A stretch of 64,000 bases of DNA from Clostridia bacterium (GCA_017501245.1 JAFVXI010000026.1:30932-94931); one strand, 5' to 3'; positions 33,406 to 43,044 are shown, counted from the first letter of the stretch. A program made the numbers and translations. The notes: generated by a model from the letters alone, not told the origin.

Positions 33406-34770
33406 ATGTTTAATATCAAGGATTACGGTGCGGTCGGCGACGGTTCGACGCTCGATTCACACGCTATACAAATAGCAATAGACGCAGCCGGCGGAGCCGG
33501 TGGAGGAACGGTTTATATCCCCGAGGGCAAGTACCTTTGCGGAACGATGCATATGAGATCAAACGTGCACGTATGGCTCGACAAGGGCGCAACCATCCTC
33601 GGAAGCAAGGATCACACCGATTTTGATCCGTATGAGGATAACCCCTCAAACGCACTGTACCAGGATAGGAGCCACAGCTATTTCCATCACAGCCTCTTCC
33701 ACGCCGATGGCGCAAACGACATCGCCATTACGGGCTATGGAAAGATTGATATGCAGTCCGCTTGGGAGGATCTCGAGTTTACCGAGTTTGGCGACGGCGA
33801 GGAGAAGGGCGTGAAGTGGTGCAGGGGAGCCAAGGCGATAGCCTTCAAGGAATGCACGAACGTCGTGATCAGAGATCTCGTCATCAGACACGTCACCGAT
33901 CTCGCAGTTTACGTCGCCGGATGTGAAAACGTGACGATCTCCGGGCTTAATATATTTACTCACGTTGACGGCATCAGCCCCGACTCCTGCAAGAACGTAA
34001 CTATTTCTGACTGTATAGTTGACTCGGGCGACGATGCCATCGTTCCCAAATGCTCTTATACGCTCGGCCGCTTCAAGGCTATGGAAAATCTAACGATTTC
34101 AAACTGCACCTGCAGAAGCTCGGCATCGGCGATAAAGTTCGGCACCGAATCAAACTCTGCATACATCAACACCACCGTCACGGGCTGCACGGTATACGAC
34201 ACGGGCCTTGAGGGAATCTTCATTATGACCTCGGACGGAGCAAGAGTTGAAGGGCTCTCTATCTCGAACGTCACACTGAAAAACGTCGCTCAGCCGATAG
34301 CAATAATAGTAACCGACAGAGCGAGAGGCCCTGAGGGAACGAAGGTTGGCTCTATCTCAAACGTTGCGATCTCAAACGTCATTATCACCGGCCCGTATTG
34401 GGATGAGGTGGTCGAAACGATGGCGCAAAATTCCGCTGATTATTACAGTAATAGCCTCACTAAGCCCTTTATTCCAATGCCGATTTTTATATCCGGCCTT
34501 GAGGATAGCGTCATTAGAAATCTCAGCCTGTCAAACGTGATATTCGACGCTCCCGGAGGGGGCAGAGAAGAGGATCGATCGGTCTTTATTCCCGAGGTCC
34601 GCACCGAATATCCTATGGTCTTAAGCTACGCATCCGTAGCCCCCGCATACGGAATGTATGCACGCTTCGTGGATGGTCTCAGGCTCTACAACGTCGCCTT
34701 CTCGACCGTTAAGCCGGATGCGAGAGAGCCCATCGTACTTGAGCGCGTTACGGGATATAAGATGGTTTGA
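33406..34770 (+). CDS. Glycoside hydrolase family 28 (polygalacturonase-like), no signal peptide
   Basis: FNIKDYGAVGDGSTLDSHAIQIAID, DGISPDSCKNVTISDC and DSGDDAIVPK are the parallel beta-helix GH28 motifs. Confidence 0.85.
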   Translation: MFNIKDYGAVGDGSTLDSHAIQIAIDAAGGAGGGTVYIPEGKYLCGTMHMRSNVHVWLDKGATILGSKDHTDFDPYEDNPSNALYQDRSHSYFHHSLFHADGANDIAITGYGKIDMQSAWEDLEFTEFGDGEEKGVKWCRGAKAIAFKECTNVVIRDLVIRHVTDLAVYVAGCENVTISGLNIFTHVDGISPDSCKNVTISDCIVDSGDDAIVPKCSYTLGRFKAMENLTISNCTCRSSASAIKFGTESNSAYINTTVTGCTVYDTGLEGIFIMTSDGARVEGLSISNVTLKNVAQPIAIIVTDRARGPEGTKVGSISNVAISNVIITGPYWDEVVETMAQNSADYYSNSLTKPFIPMPIFISGLEDSVIRNLSLSNVIFDAPGGGREEDRSVFIPEVRTEYPMVLSYASVAPAYGMYARFVDGLRLYNVAFSTVKPDAREPIVLERVTGYKMV

Positions 34771-34795
34771 CCGTTTAATATAATGTAAATAAAAA

Positions 34796-34829
34796 AGATG
34801 GCATAGCCTCCGCTAAGCCATCTTTTTTG
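34796..34829. terminator. Bidirectional Rho-independent terminator between convergent genes
   Basis: A6, AGATGGC(34796-34802), 13-14-nt loop, GCCATCT(34817-34823), T6. Confidence 0.75.
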
Positions 34830-34888
34830 CTAAACAAGTTAACTTTTATTTACAAAACCGTTGTTAATTTAAAGAAAAACTGCAGCTT

Positions 34889-35707
34889 TTACATCTGCCT
34901 TTTATATTTTGCCGGAGAATATCCCGTCTGCTTTTTGAATTCTCGGCTGAAATACGAGGCGCTTGCAAAGCCCGACCTTTGTGCCAGCTCCTCGACCGAC
35001 ACAGCCCCCGAGTGCATAAGCTCGATCGCATATTCGATCCTACGTAGCCTGACGTATTCGCTAACGGTAACTCCGAGCGACGAATGAAAGCTTCGGTAAA
35101 GCGCACTCTTTGAAACGCCCGCACCTCTCGCTATCGCGGAAACCGAAAGATCGCCGTCGAGGTTTTCGGATACGTAGCGGATAGCCTTTTCTATATTGTC
35201 GTCGAAGCTAGGCTCTAAGAGCTTTTCTAGCAGGATATATTTTGCCAGCATTATTGCGACGTTGACGGTGCTCTCTATTCGTGCATCGCTAAACACTGGT
35301 ATGCTCTCGTAGTAACGCCCGATCCTCTCGCGCTCTCCCTCCGGATATCGGGAAAGATCCGGTCGGGCTTGAGTATATCCCGGTGTCTTAAGACATCCGA
35401 AGATGATATAGCCGATTATCACGTCGTCGTAGAAGAGCGGAACGGCAACGTTTACAAGCCCTGCGTGGCAGACCGTCATCTCCGCCTTTTTGCTCTCACG
35501 GCATTTTTTTAGCAGCTCCTCGTCAGACATATGGCACGCCGCCTCTCCCGTCACCCTTTGGACAGCCTCGCAGTAGGGCAGCCTCTGTACCGTCCTGCCT
35601 CCCGCGGGCGAAAGGTCGGGCTTCAGTATTCCGATCTCTATCCCCGTAGCCTGGCGGAAGTCGTCCAGTGCGCTCCTTAGCTTCTCGGCATCGTAGTTGA
35701 CCTGCAT
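34889..35707 (-). CDS. AraC-family regulator with N-terminal PocR-type sensor domain
   Basis: The N-terminus (FRQATGIEIGILKPD...YCEAV...C...VCHAGLVNVAVPLFYDDVIIGYIIFG) is PocR-like. The C-terminal HTH_AraC region reads SASYFSREFKKQTGYSPAKY. Confidence 0.8.
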   Translation of the reverse strand: MQVNYDAEKLRSALDDFRQATGIEIGILKPDLSPAGGRTVQRLPYCEAVQRVTGEAACHMSDEELLKKCRESKKAEMTVCHAGLVNVAVPLFYDDVIIGYIIFGCLKTPGYTQARPDLSRYPEGERERIGRYYESIPVFSDARIESTVNVAIMLAKYILLEKLLEPSFDDNIEKAIRYVSENLDGDLSVSAIARGAGVSKSALYRSFHSSLGVTVSEYVRLRRIEYAIELMHSGAVSVEELAQRSGFASASYFSREFKKQTGYSPAKYKRQM

Positions 35708-35781
35708 AACGCATCTCCTCTCACCGTCTTTCGTTATTTATTATAAAAAACTCCCGCAAATTTGTCAATAGTTTCCACGAC

Positions 35782-35813
35782 GTGGGAATATAGTTCATAA
35801 AAGTGGGAAGATA
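35782..35813. promoter_or_regulatory. Direct repeat GTGGGAA(T/G)ATA x2 spaced 21 bp: candidate AraC-type operator
   Basis: GTGGGAATATA(35782-35792) and GTGGGAAGATA(35803-35813) lie in the divergent region between the PocR-AraC gene and 35872..36495. The spacing equals two helical turns. Confidence 0.4.
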
Positions 35814-35871
35814 ACCTCTTTTCTTCCGAGACAGGATATATTATAATTATTGTAGAAAGGAGATATGGCAT

Positions 35872-36495
35872 ATGAATGAAATTTTGCTTCTGGAAAAGCG
35901 CATCCTCGTAGACGAGTCGCCCGTGGTTTTATCCTATTCCCCTGATGAGAATTGGGAAAAGTATTTTGAAAATATGTGCGGCAACTGGTATGAGAAGGAC
36001 GGATATCTTATCGGCAGCGAGCCCGAAAACAAGGGCGGTATTCTTCTCACAAGGGAGAGCTATCCCTATGACGTTATGCTCAGCTTCACGGTCAAAAGCG
36101 TCCTGCCCGCAACACGCGACCTTAACGCTGTGTTTGCCGTAGAGTGGGATCACGATGCAAATTACCTTAAGCGCGCCTATATCTCCGGCGTAAACGGATG
36201 GTATGACGGAAAGTCGGGCATCGAGCGCTTTCCCGAGGACGAGTTAAGGGTGCTCACCCCCTCCTACGCCTATACACCCGGCGAGGAGATCAGGATAACC
36301 ACCGGCTCGGTCGAGGGTCACGCATTTTTAATGGTCAACGGCGAGCTGATCATCGAGATGGTCGACAACAGAGATTCCATCAAGGGTGGCAGAGTCGGCT
36401 TCTCACCTTACTCAACCGTTCTCGCCATAAAGGATATCGAGATAAGGAAGATAAGCTGGCAGAGGCGTGAGCAGAGCTACATTCCCGAGTTCTGA
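35872..36495 (+). CDS. ConA-like lectin/glucanase-fold protein (DUF1961/YesU- or DUF1080-like)
   Basis: 207 aa. The GNWYEKDGYLIG...GGILLTRESYPYDVMLSF pattern resembles these families. The assignment is tentative. Confidence 0.5.
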   Translation: MNEILLLEKRILVDESPVVLSYSPDENWEKYFENMCGNWYEKDGYLIGSEPENKGGILLTRESYPYDVMLSFTVKSVLPATRDLNAVFAVEWDHDANYLKRAYISGVNGWYDGKSGIERFPEDELRVLTPSYAYTPGEEIRITTGSVEGHAFLMVNGELIIEMVDNRDSIKGGRVGFSPYSTVLAIKDIEIRKISWQRREQSYIPEF

Positions 36496-36568
36496 GTGCA
36501 TCCTTCATCTCAGAGCATTTAAATAATACGTATCAAACACTATAAACATATTCATAAGGAGGCCTATT

Positions 36569-37879
36569 ATGGCAAAGCAGACAAGCGATTTCAGATATAA
36601 CACGGGAGAAACCAGAGTGCCCTGGGCTGCCGTCGGAGAAAACTATAACGTTAACGATCTTATGGAGGTCATCCGTTTCCTGATGCAGGGCGAGGGCGAG
36701 GAGTATAACAAGGCGCTCGAGGCAGTGTGGGAGCAGGTCAAAAAGCTCGATCTCCTCTCATCCCCTCCCGGCAAGCTCTCGCTCGGCAACAAGGTCACCG
36801 AGGCAGAGGCTGCCTGCAACGAGTATCTCGGCACCGACAGCTCCACCTTCGTTATGAATGCGACGGCAGGCTTCGAGATCGCATATAAGTATGCAAACCT
36901 CAAGCCCGGCGACGAGGTCATCGTCCCCGCCATCACCTTCGTGGCTACTATGGCGTATCCCCTCTCCATCGGCGCAAAGCTCGTCTTTGCCGACGTCGAT
37001 CCGAGGACCATCAATATGGATCCCGAGGACGTCAAGAGAAAGATAACCGACAAGACCAAGATGATCGTTCCCGTTCATATCGGCGGCTATCCCGTTGATA
37101 TGGATCCCATAATGGAGATCGCACGTGAGCGTGGCATAATCGTCCTCGAGGATGCGGCGCACGCCTTCGGAGCAGAGTATAAGGGCAGAAAGATCGGAAC
37201 GATCGGTGATTTTGCGGGCTTCTCGCTCCACGAGGTCAAAAACATAACCTCCTTCGGCGAGGGCGGAATTCTCACCTCCACCATCCCCGGCTACGGTCCC
37301 GAGCTTAAGCGCGCACGCTTCCTCGGCCTCGATTTTTCCTGCCCCATCAAGGATTGGCTCTATAACATCACGCCCATCCCCGGCAAGGAGGAGCCCTTCG
37401 TGCCCGGAAACTCCTCGGCTACGGAGATCCAGGCGCTCGGTCTTTCGCTTCAGATAAAGAGAAACGAGCAGATCATCGCAAAGCGCCGCCGTGCAGCAGA
37501 GTATCTCACCAAGAGATTTGCCGAGAACGACGCCATCATCGCCCAGGATCTCGGAAGCGAGGACATCAAGCCCACCTTCCATCTTTATCTTCTTCAGATC
37601 GATCCCGCACGCGCAGGCGGCGATATCCAGACGCTCAAGGCAAAGCTTACCGAAAAGGGCGTAACTCAGATCGCTCACTTCGGCCCTCTCTACCGCTTCA
37701 GAATAGTTGAGGAGATGGGCTACGACCCCGACGAGATCGCTCTCACCTGCCCGAATTGCGAGGAGGTGTTCTACAAGCGCTTCACTCATCTGCCTCTTTA
37801 CGGCCTCTCGGACGAGCAGCTTGAGTATATGGCGGACGCAGTCCTCGAGTCGGTAAAGGAGATGCAGGAGGGAAGATGA
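36569..37879 (+). CDS. DegT/DnrJ/EryC1/StrS-family PLP-dependent aminotransferase/dehydratase
   Basis: VIVPAITFVATMAYPLSIGAKLVFADVDPRT, VPVHIGGYPVDM, LEDAAHAFGAEYKGRKIG and FSLHEVKNITSFGEGG (Lys in the HEVKN motif). Confidence 0.8.
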   Translation: MAKQTSDFRYNTGETRVPWAAVGENYNVNDLMEVIRFLMQGEGEEYNKALEAVWEQVKKLDLLSSPPGKLSLGNKVTEAEAACNEYLGTDSSTFVMNATAGFEIAYKYANLKPGDEVIVPAITFVATMAYPLSIGAKLVFADVDPRTINMDPEDVKRKITDKTKMIVPVHIGGYPVDMDPIMEIARERGIIVLEDAAHAFGAEYKGRKIGTIGDFAGFSLHEVKNITSFGEGGILTSTIPGYGPELKRARFLGLDFSCPIKDWLYNITPIPGKEEPFVPGNSSATEIQALGLSLQIKRNEQIIAKRRRAAEYLTKRFAENDAIIAQDLGSEDIKPTFHLYLLQIDPARAGGDIQTLKAKLTEKGVTQIAHFGPLYRFRIVEEMGYDPDEIALTCPNCEEVFYKRFTHLPLYGLSDEQLEYMADAVLESVKEMQEGR

Positions 37880-37990
37880 TCCATTGAGGGCGCATCCCGT
37901 ATGAGCAGCTCTCGGATCCGAGTGCAAGTCGTGAAGCTCTTTTCAGGGGCACTTGAATCCGATTTTAGCAACAATTATTTGCATATTACA

Positions 37991-38022
37991 GGGTCGAGCC
38001 GCAAAAGGCTCGGCCCTTTTTG
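37991..38022 (+). terminator. Rho-independent terminator
   Basis: GGGTCGAGCC(37991-38000), loop GCAAAA, GGCTCGGCCC(38007-38016), then TTTTTG. Confidence 0.8.
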
Positions 38023-38137
38023 TTTTCTTTTTTCCTATTTTTTAATTCGCACGTCGGCATGATTGCACGGAAATAAAAGATGATAAAGGCTTAAAAAACG
38101 CATCCTGTCAAAAATTGTTATTCTTCGGGAAAATCTA

Positions 38138-38166
38138 TTGACTTTGTAATAATAATATTGTAAAAT
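38138..38166 (+). promoter_or_regulatory. SigA-type promoter of the split transketolase genes
   Basis: TTGACT(38138-38143), 17 nt, TAAAAT(38161-38166). Confidence 0.55.
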
Positions 38167-38223
38167 ATTTAATAGTATTAAAAAGCATACGCACCCGAAG
38201 GTGCGTGCGTGATGGAGGATCAA

Positions 38224-39063
38224 ATGCAAGAAGCAAAGATACTTGAGTTAAAGCGTATTGCCAACAACATTCGTATAGGCATCATCGAGGGTGTCTATAA
38301 TGCGGGATGCGGCCATCCGGGAGGATCTCTCTCGATCGCTGATATCCTTGCATATCTCTATTTTGAGCATATGAACGTTAAGGTCGATGACCCCCGCTGG
38401 GAGGATAGAGACCGCTTCGTTCTCTCGAAGGGACACACCGCCCCCGCTCTTTATGCAACGCTCGCTGAGCGCGGCTTCTTCCCCAAGGAGGAGCTTAAGA
38501 CCTTCAGAAAGACTGCATCGAGGCTCCAGGGTCACCCCGATATGAAGGGCGTTCCCGGCGTAGATATGTCGACCGGCTCGCTCGGCCTCGGCTTCTCCGC
38601 AGCCTGCGGAATGGCTCTTTCGGCTAAGGTTTACGGCAAGGATTACAGAACCTACGCTATCCTTGGCGACGGTGAGAGCGAGGAGGGTCAGGTATGGGAG
38701 GCAGCTATGTTTGCCGCTCACTACAAGCTTGATAACCTCGTTGCTATCCTCGACCTCAACGGTCTTCAGATCGACGGCCCCATCGCCGAGGTTATGAATC
38801 CCGCACCCCACGATGAGAAGTTCCTTGCCTTCGGCTGGAACGTCATCACCATCGATGCTCACAACTTTGAAGAGATCGACGCAGCGTTCAAGGCCGCTAA
38901 GGAGTGCAAGGGTAAGCCCACCGTTATTATCGCTAAGTCGGTAAAGGGAAAGAACGTTTCCTATATGGAGAACAAGTGCGAGTGGCACGGTCAGGCTCCT
39001 AAGGAGGATCTCTATAAGGTAGCTATCGCAGAGCTTGAGGCGATAGCGGAAGGTTTGAGGTGA
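38224..39063 (+). CDS. Transketolase, N-terminal subunit (split type)
   Basis: GHPGGSLSIADILAYLYF, RDRFVLSKGHTAPALYA and GDGESEEGQVWEA motifs. I prefer the ATG at 38224 (GGAGG 5 nt upstream). Confidence 0.9.
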   Translation: MQEAKILELKRIANNIRIGIIEGVYNAGCGHPGGSLSIADILAYLYFEHMNVKVDDPRWEDRDRFVLSKGHTAPALYATLAERGFFPKEELKTFRKTASRLQGHPDMKGVPGVDMSTGSLGLGFSAACGMALSAKVYGKDYRTYAILGDGESEEGQVWEAAMFAAHYKLDNLVAILDLNGLQIDGPIAEVMNPAPHDEKFLAFGWNVITIDAHNFEEIDAAFKAAKECKGKPTVIIAKSVKGKNVSYMENKCEWHGQAPKEDLYKVAIAELEAIAEGLR

Positions 39064-39068
39064 TAAAA

Positions 39069-40019
39069 ATGGCAGATAAAAGAGCTACAAGAGAGAGCTA
39101 CGGCAGAGCACTTGCCGAGCTTGGCGATAAGTATGATTTCCTCGTCTTTGACGCTGACCTTGCTGCAGCAACCAAGACGGGTATGTTCAAGAAGAAGTTC
39201 CCCGAGAGGTTCTTCGATTGCGGTATAGCTGAGGGCAATATGATGTGCGTTGCGGCAGGCGTTGCCTCGACGGGCAAGAAGGTGTTTGCATCCTCCTTCG
39301 CAATGTTTGCTTCGGGCAGAGCCTATGAGCAGGTCAGAAACTGCATCGGCTACCCCCACATCCACGTTATCATCGGTGCTACCCACGCAGGCATCACCGT
39401 TGGCGAGGACGGTGCTACCCATCAGTGCATCGAGGACTTTGCTCTTATGAGAGCCATCCCCGGCATGACCGTTCTTTCCCCCGCTGATGACACCGAGGCG
39501 TTCGCAGCCGTTGAGGCGGCTATCAATCACGATGGCCCCGTCTATATGCGATTCGGCAGATACGCCGTTCCGGATCTCACCCCCGAGCTTGTTAAGGATT
39601 ATAAGTTCGAGATCGGCAAGGGCGTTGTTTACAGAGAGGGAAGCGACGTTACTATCTTCGCTACCGGATATATGACTCACCTTGCAGTCGAGGCTGCGGA
39701 TATGCTTCTCGCAGAGGGCATCAAGGCTGAGGTCATCAACATCCACACCATCAAGCCCATCGACAGTGAGCTTATCCTCAAGTCGGTTGCAAAGACCGGC
39801 TGTGCGGTAACTGCAGAGGAGCACACCGTCATCGGCGGACTCGGAGATTCTGTAGCGAGCGTAACGAGCGCAGCCTGCCCCGTCCCCGTAATGAAGGTCG
39901 GAGTTGAGGACGTGTTCGGCAAGTCGGGTCAGGTCCCCGAGCTTCTTGAGATCTACGGTCTCACCGCTGCCAACATCGCCGCTAAGGCAAAGGCGGCTAT
40001 CGCACTCAAGTCTAAGTGA
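39069..40019 (+). CDS. Transketolase, C-terminal subunit (split type)
   Basis: RESYGRALAELG, FFDCGIAEGNMMCVAAG and GEDGATHQCIEDFALMRAIPGM motifs. I prefer the ATG at 39069, with the GTG at 39060 as an alternative. Confidence 0.9.
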   Translation: MADKRATRESYGRALAELGDKYDFLVFDADLAAATKTGMFKKKFPERFFDCGIAEGNMMCVAAGVASTGKKVFASSFAMFASGRAYEQVRNCIGYPHIHVIIGATHAGITVGEDGATHQCIEDFALMRAIPGMTVLSPADDTEAFAAVEAAINHDGPVYMRFGRYAVPDLTPELVKDYKFEIGKGVVYREGSDVTIFATGYMTHLAVEAADMLLAEGIKAEVINIHTIKPIDSELILKSVAKTGCAVTAEEHTVIGGLGDSVASVTSAACPVPVMKVGVEDVFGKSGQVPELLEIYGLTAANIAAKAKAAIALKSK

Positions 40020-40031
40020 TTTTTCCGGGGG

Positions 40032-40736
40032 TTGACAGTGAAAAGAGTACTACTTAAGCTTTCCGGCGAGGCTCTTGCAAACGGCAAGAACGGAATTTAC
40101 GATCATAGCTTCGTTGATAGAGTGGCTTCCGCACTTCATAATGCGGTCAAGGACGGTTATCAGATAGCCGTCGTAGTAGGAGCAGGAAACATCTGGCGCG
40201 GCAGGCAGGGCGGCAATATGGATCGCACCGATGCCGACAGGATGGGCATGCTCGCCACGGTCATCAACGCCATCTGCCTTAAGGACGCCCTTGTCAGGGA
40301 CGGTGTAGGCGCCGTCGTTATGACCTCCGTGCCTATGTCTCCCTTTGCCGAGCCCTATTCGGCTGAGGCGGCGGTCGCACATCTTGAGGCGGGCAGAGTT
40401 GTCGTTCTCGGCGCAGGCCTTGGAATTCCCTTCCTCTCAACTGACACGACCGGTGCGGTCAGAGCCAAGGAGATGGCGGCAGATGCTATGCTCATGGCAA
40501 AGAACGTTGATTACATATACACCGCAGACCCCAGAGTAGACCCCGAGGCTAAACGGCTTGAGAAGGTTGCGGCATCTACCGTCCTCAGCATGAATCTCAA
40601 GGCGATAGACGCAACGGCAACAGCCTTCTGCCTCTCGGTCGGCATGCCTATTATGGTCTTCGGACTCAAGGATCCCGAGGATATTACCAGGGCGATCCGA
40701 GGCGAGAAGGTCGGAACGGTCGTTACCCCCGATTGA
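40032..40736 (+). CDS. pyrH: UMP kinase
   Basis: KRVLLKLSGEAL and VVVGAGNIWRG motifs. The start is TTG at 40032 or GTG at 40038, only 12 nt after the transketolase stop. Confidence 0.9.
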   Translation: MTVKRVLLKLSGEALANGKNGIYDHSFVDRVASALHNAVKDGYQIAVVVGAGNIWRGRQGGNMDRTDADRMGMLATVINAICLKDALVRDGVGAVVMTSVPMSPFAEPYSAEAAVAHLEAGRVVVLGAGLGIPFLSTDTTGAVRAKEMAADAMLMAKNVDYIYTADPRVDPEAKRLEKVAASTVLSMNLKAIDATATAFCLSVGMPIMVFGLKDPEDITRAIRGEKVGTVVTPD

Positions 40737-40768
40737 TCTATAAATTTGAAAATTAAGGAGTTACAAAT

Positions 40769-41323
40769 ATGAAGCTCGATACCAAAGATTTCGAAGCAAG
40801 AATGAAAAAGACCATCGCTGCTTACAGCGACAATCTTTCTACCATCAGAGCGGGCAGGGCTAATCCCGACGTCCTCAAGAGGATCACCGTAGATTACTAC
40901 GGCTCGCCCACACCCATCTCCTCCATCGCAGAGATCAAGGTAGCAGATGCACGCACCATTACCATCACCGCATGGGATAAGTCGATTATGAGAGGCATCG
41001 AGAAGGCTATCCTTACATCCGATCTCGGCATCAACCCGCAGAACGACGGCTCTGTCATCCGTCTTTCCTTCCCCCCCACCACCGAGGAGCGCCGCCGCGA
41101 GCTTTCTAAGCAGATCTCCAAGATGGGCGAGGATGCTAAGGTCGCTATCCGCAATATCCGCAGAGACGCTACCGACACCATTAAGAGTATGAAGAAGAAT
41201 TCCGAGATGACCGAGGATGAGGCTAAGTCCAGCGAAAAGAGCGTTCAGGACCTCACCGATAAGTACGTCAAGGAGGTCGACACCGTTACCGCTGCTAAAA
41301 CCAAGGAGATCATGGAGATCTGA
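40769..41323 (+). CDS. frr: Ribosome recycling factor
   Basis: 184 aa with LSTIRAGRANPDVL, INPQNDG..IRLSFPPTTEERRREL and RNIRRDA motifs. Confidence 0.95.
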   Translation: MKLDTKDFEARMKKTIAAYSDNLSTIRAGRANPDVLKRITVDYYGSPTPISSIAEIKVADARTITITAWDKSIMRGIEKAILTSDLGINPQNDGSVIRLSFPPTTEERRRELSKQISKMGEDAKVAIRNIRRDATDTIKSMKKNSEMTEDEAKSSEKSVQDLTDKYVKEVDTVTAAKTKEIMEI

Positions 41324-41341
41324 TCCCGTTAGGAGATATAA

Positions 41342-42067
41342 GTGAAAAATGATAAGCTTCCTTTGCCCAAGATCGATTCGCGCCTTAATTCCATCGGAAT
41401 TATCATGGACGGAAACGGCAGATGGGCAAAGAAAAGATTACTGCCTCGCTCCGCAGGGCACGTCGCAGGCGCAAAGATAATTAAGCAGGTCCTCTCCGAC
41501 CTTCGTGAGATGGGTGTCCATCACGTCACCCTCTACGCCTTCTCTACCGAGAATTGGAAGAGATCCAAGGAGGAGGTAGACGGGCTTATGGAGCTGTTCT
41601 ACAAGTACCTTGACGAGCAGGTCCTTGGCGCACTCAGAAGCGACAAGAGCTTTGGCGTGCGCATCATAGGGGATAAGTCCGGGCTTCCCGAGCGCCTTCG
41701 GAGGAAGTGCATCGAGGTCGAAGAGGCGTCGGGCGACAGAGAGTTTATCTGCAACGTTGCGATCAACTACGGAGGCAGAGACGAGATCCTCATGGCAGCA
41801 AACGCCGCATTCCGCGAGCGAGGCGGTGAGATCACCAAGGAGGACCTCGAGAGGCATCTGTATACCTCGCATTCTCCCGACCCCGATCTCATTATCAGGA
41901 CAGGAGGGGAGAACAGGGTCTCCAACTTCCTTTTGTGGCAGGGGGCTTATTCCGAGCTTCACGTCACAAGCACTCTATGGCCGGATTTCGGCAGAGCCGA
42001 TATCATCAAGGCCGTTGAGGATTTTTATTCCAGGCAAAGGCGCTACGGCGGCGTAATAGAGGAGTAG
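41342..42067 (+). CDS. uppS: Isoprenyl transferase (undecaprenyl diphosphate synthase)
   Basis: IIMDGNGRWAKKR, LYAFSTENWKRS and RTGGENRVSNFLLWQ motifs. GTG start with AGGAG 6 nt upstream. Confidence 0.92.
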   Translation: MKNDKLPLPKIDSRLNSIGIIMDGNGRWAKKRLLPRSAGHVAGAKIIKQVLSDLREMGVHHVTLYAFSTENWKRSKEEVDGLMELFYKYLDEQVLGALRSDKSFGVRIIGDKSGLPERLRRKCIEVEEASGDREFICNVAINYGGRDEILMAANAAFRERGGEITKEDLERHLYTSHSPDPDLIIRTGGENRVSNFLLWQGAYSELHVTSTLWPDFGRADIIKAVEDFYSRQRRYGGVIEE

Positions 42068-42119
42068 CTCTATAATTTTCAGCCGATGCTCGAGATATTC
42101 TCGTCCTTGAAAGGGTAAA

Positions 42120-42986
42120 ATGAAAACTAGAATTATTACAGCGGCGATATTTGCCGCAGTCTGTATACCGATACTTCTCTTGTCGGAATATATAGTCTTC
42201 CCGATAGCTTTGGCGATCTTTTCGCTCATATCGGTTATGGAGCTGCTTCGTGTTTTCGGACTTCACAGGTCCTACCTCGTTGCCGCCCCTTCATATGGTC
42301 TTGCGCTCCTTTTGCCCTTCTTTGCATATAAGGATTTTTCAGGGTGGTTCGTGGGCATCTTCGGCAGTGAGCCTGCGTTTGCTTATCTTACGTTCTCATC
42401 CACGTTGATGTTCTTATTCCTTCTCTATATGGCGTTTGCTTCGGTGTTCGCAAGGGGCAAGCTTGAGGTTAAGGATATCTCTATCGGCTTTATGTCGGTG
42501 GTGTATATCGTAATAGCCTTCGTCTCCTGCGTCGTCCTCCGCTATATGGATTACGGCTTCTACCTGATCATCCTCGTCGTTATTATCGCCTGGGGCAACG
42601 ACATCTCGGCTTACTTCGTCGGCACGATCTTCGGAAAGCATAAGCTCATCCCCGAGGTCAGCCCGAAGAAGACGGTCGAGGGGGCTATCGGCGGCGTTAT
42701 TCTCGCCGCAGGACTCAGCGCACTCTTCGCATTTATCGTTACACTCTTTGACAAGTCGGTCAAGGTCAATTACCTGTCGCTCGTTATTATGGCGCTCGTT
42801 CTTGCCGTGATCTCGATCCTTGGCGATCTCTTTGCATCGACGATAAAGAGGCAGTATGGCGTTAAGGACTTCGGCACGGTTCTGCCCGGCCACGGTGGTA
42901 TGATAGACAGATTTGATTCTATAATAGCTATCAGCACCCTTACGGTGTTTATATGTATGGCGTTCCCGCCCTTCGTTGCGGTTTAA
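42120..42986 (+). CDS. cdsA: Phosphatidate cytidylyltransferase
   Basis: Polytopic protein. C-terminal signature SPKKTVEGAIGG...STIKRQYGVKDFGTVLPGHGGMIDRFDS. Confidence 0.9.
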   Translation: MKTRIITAAIFAAVCIPILLLSEYIVFPIALAIFSLISVMELLRVFGLHRSYLVAAPSYGLALLLPFFAYKDFSGWFVGIFGSEPAFAYLTFSSTLMFLFLLYMAFASVFARGKLEVKDISIGFMSVVYIVIAFVSCVVLRYMDYGFYLIILVVIIAWGNDISAYFVGTIFGKHKLIPEVSPKKTVEGAIGGVILAAGLSALFAFIVTLFDKSVKVNYLSLVIMALVLAVISILGDLFASTIKRQYGVKDFGTVLPGHGGMIDRFDSIIAISTLTVFICMAFPPFVAV

Positions 42987-43012
42987 GAGCGACCTGACTT
43001 TTGAAATTTGCG

Positions 43013-43044
43013 AAAACCGTCGCGGGAGCTTCTGCGACGGTTTT
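43013..43044 (+). terminator. Hairpin after cdsA (weak terminator candidate)
   Basis: AAAACCGTCGC(43013-43023)/GCGACGGTTTT(43034-43044). Only four U residues, and they are part of the stem. Confidence 0.35.
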
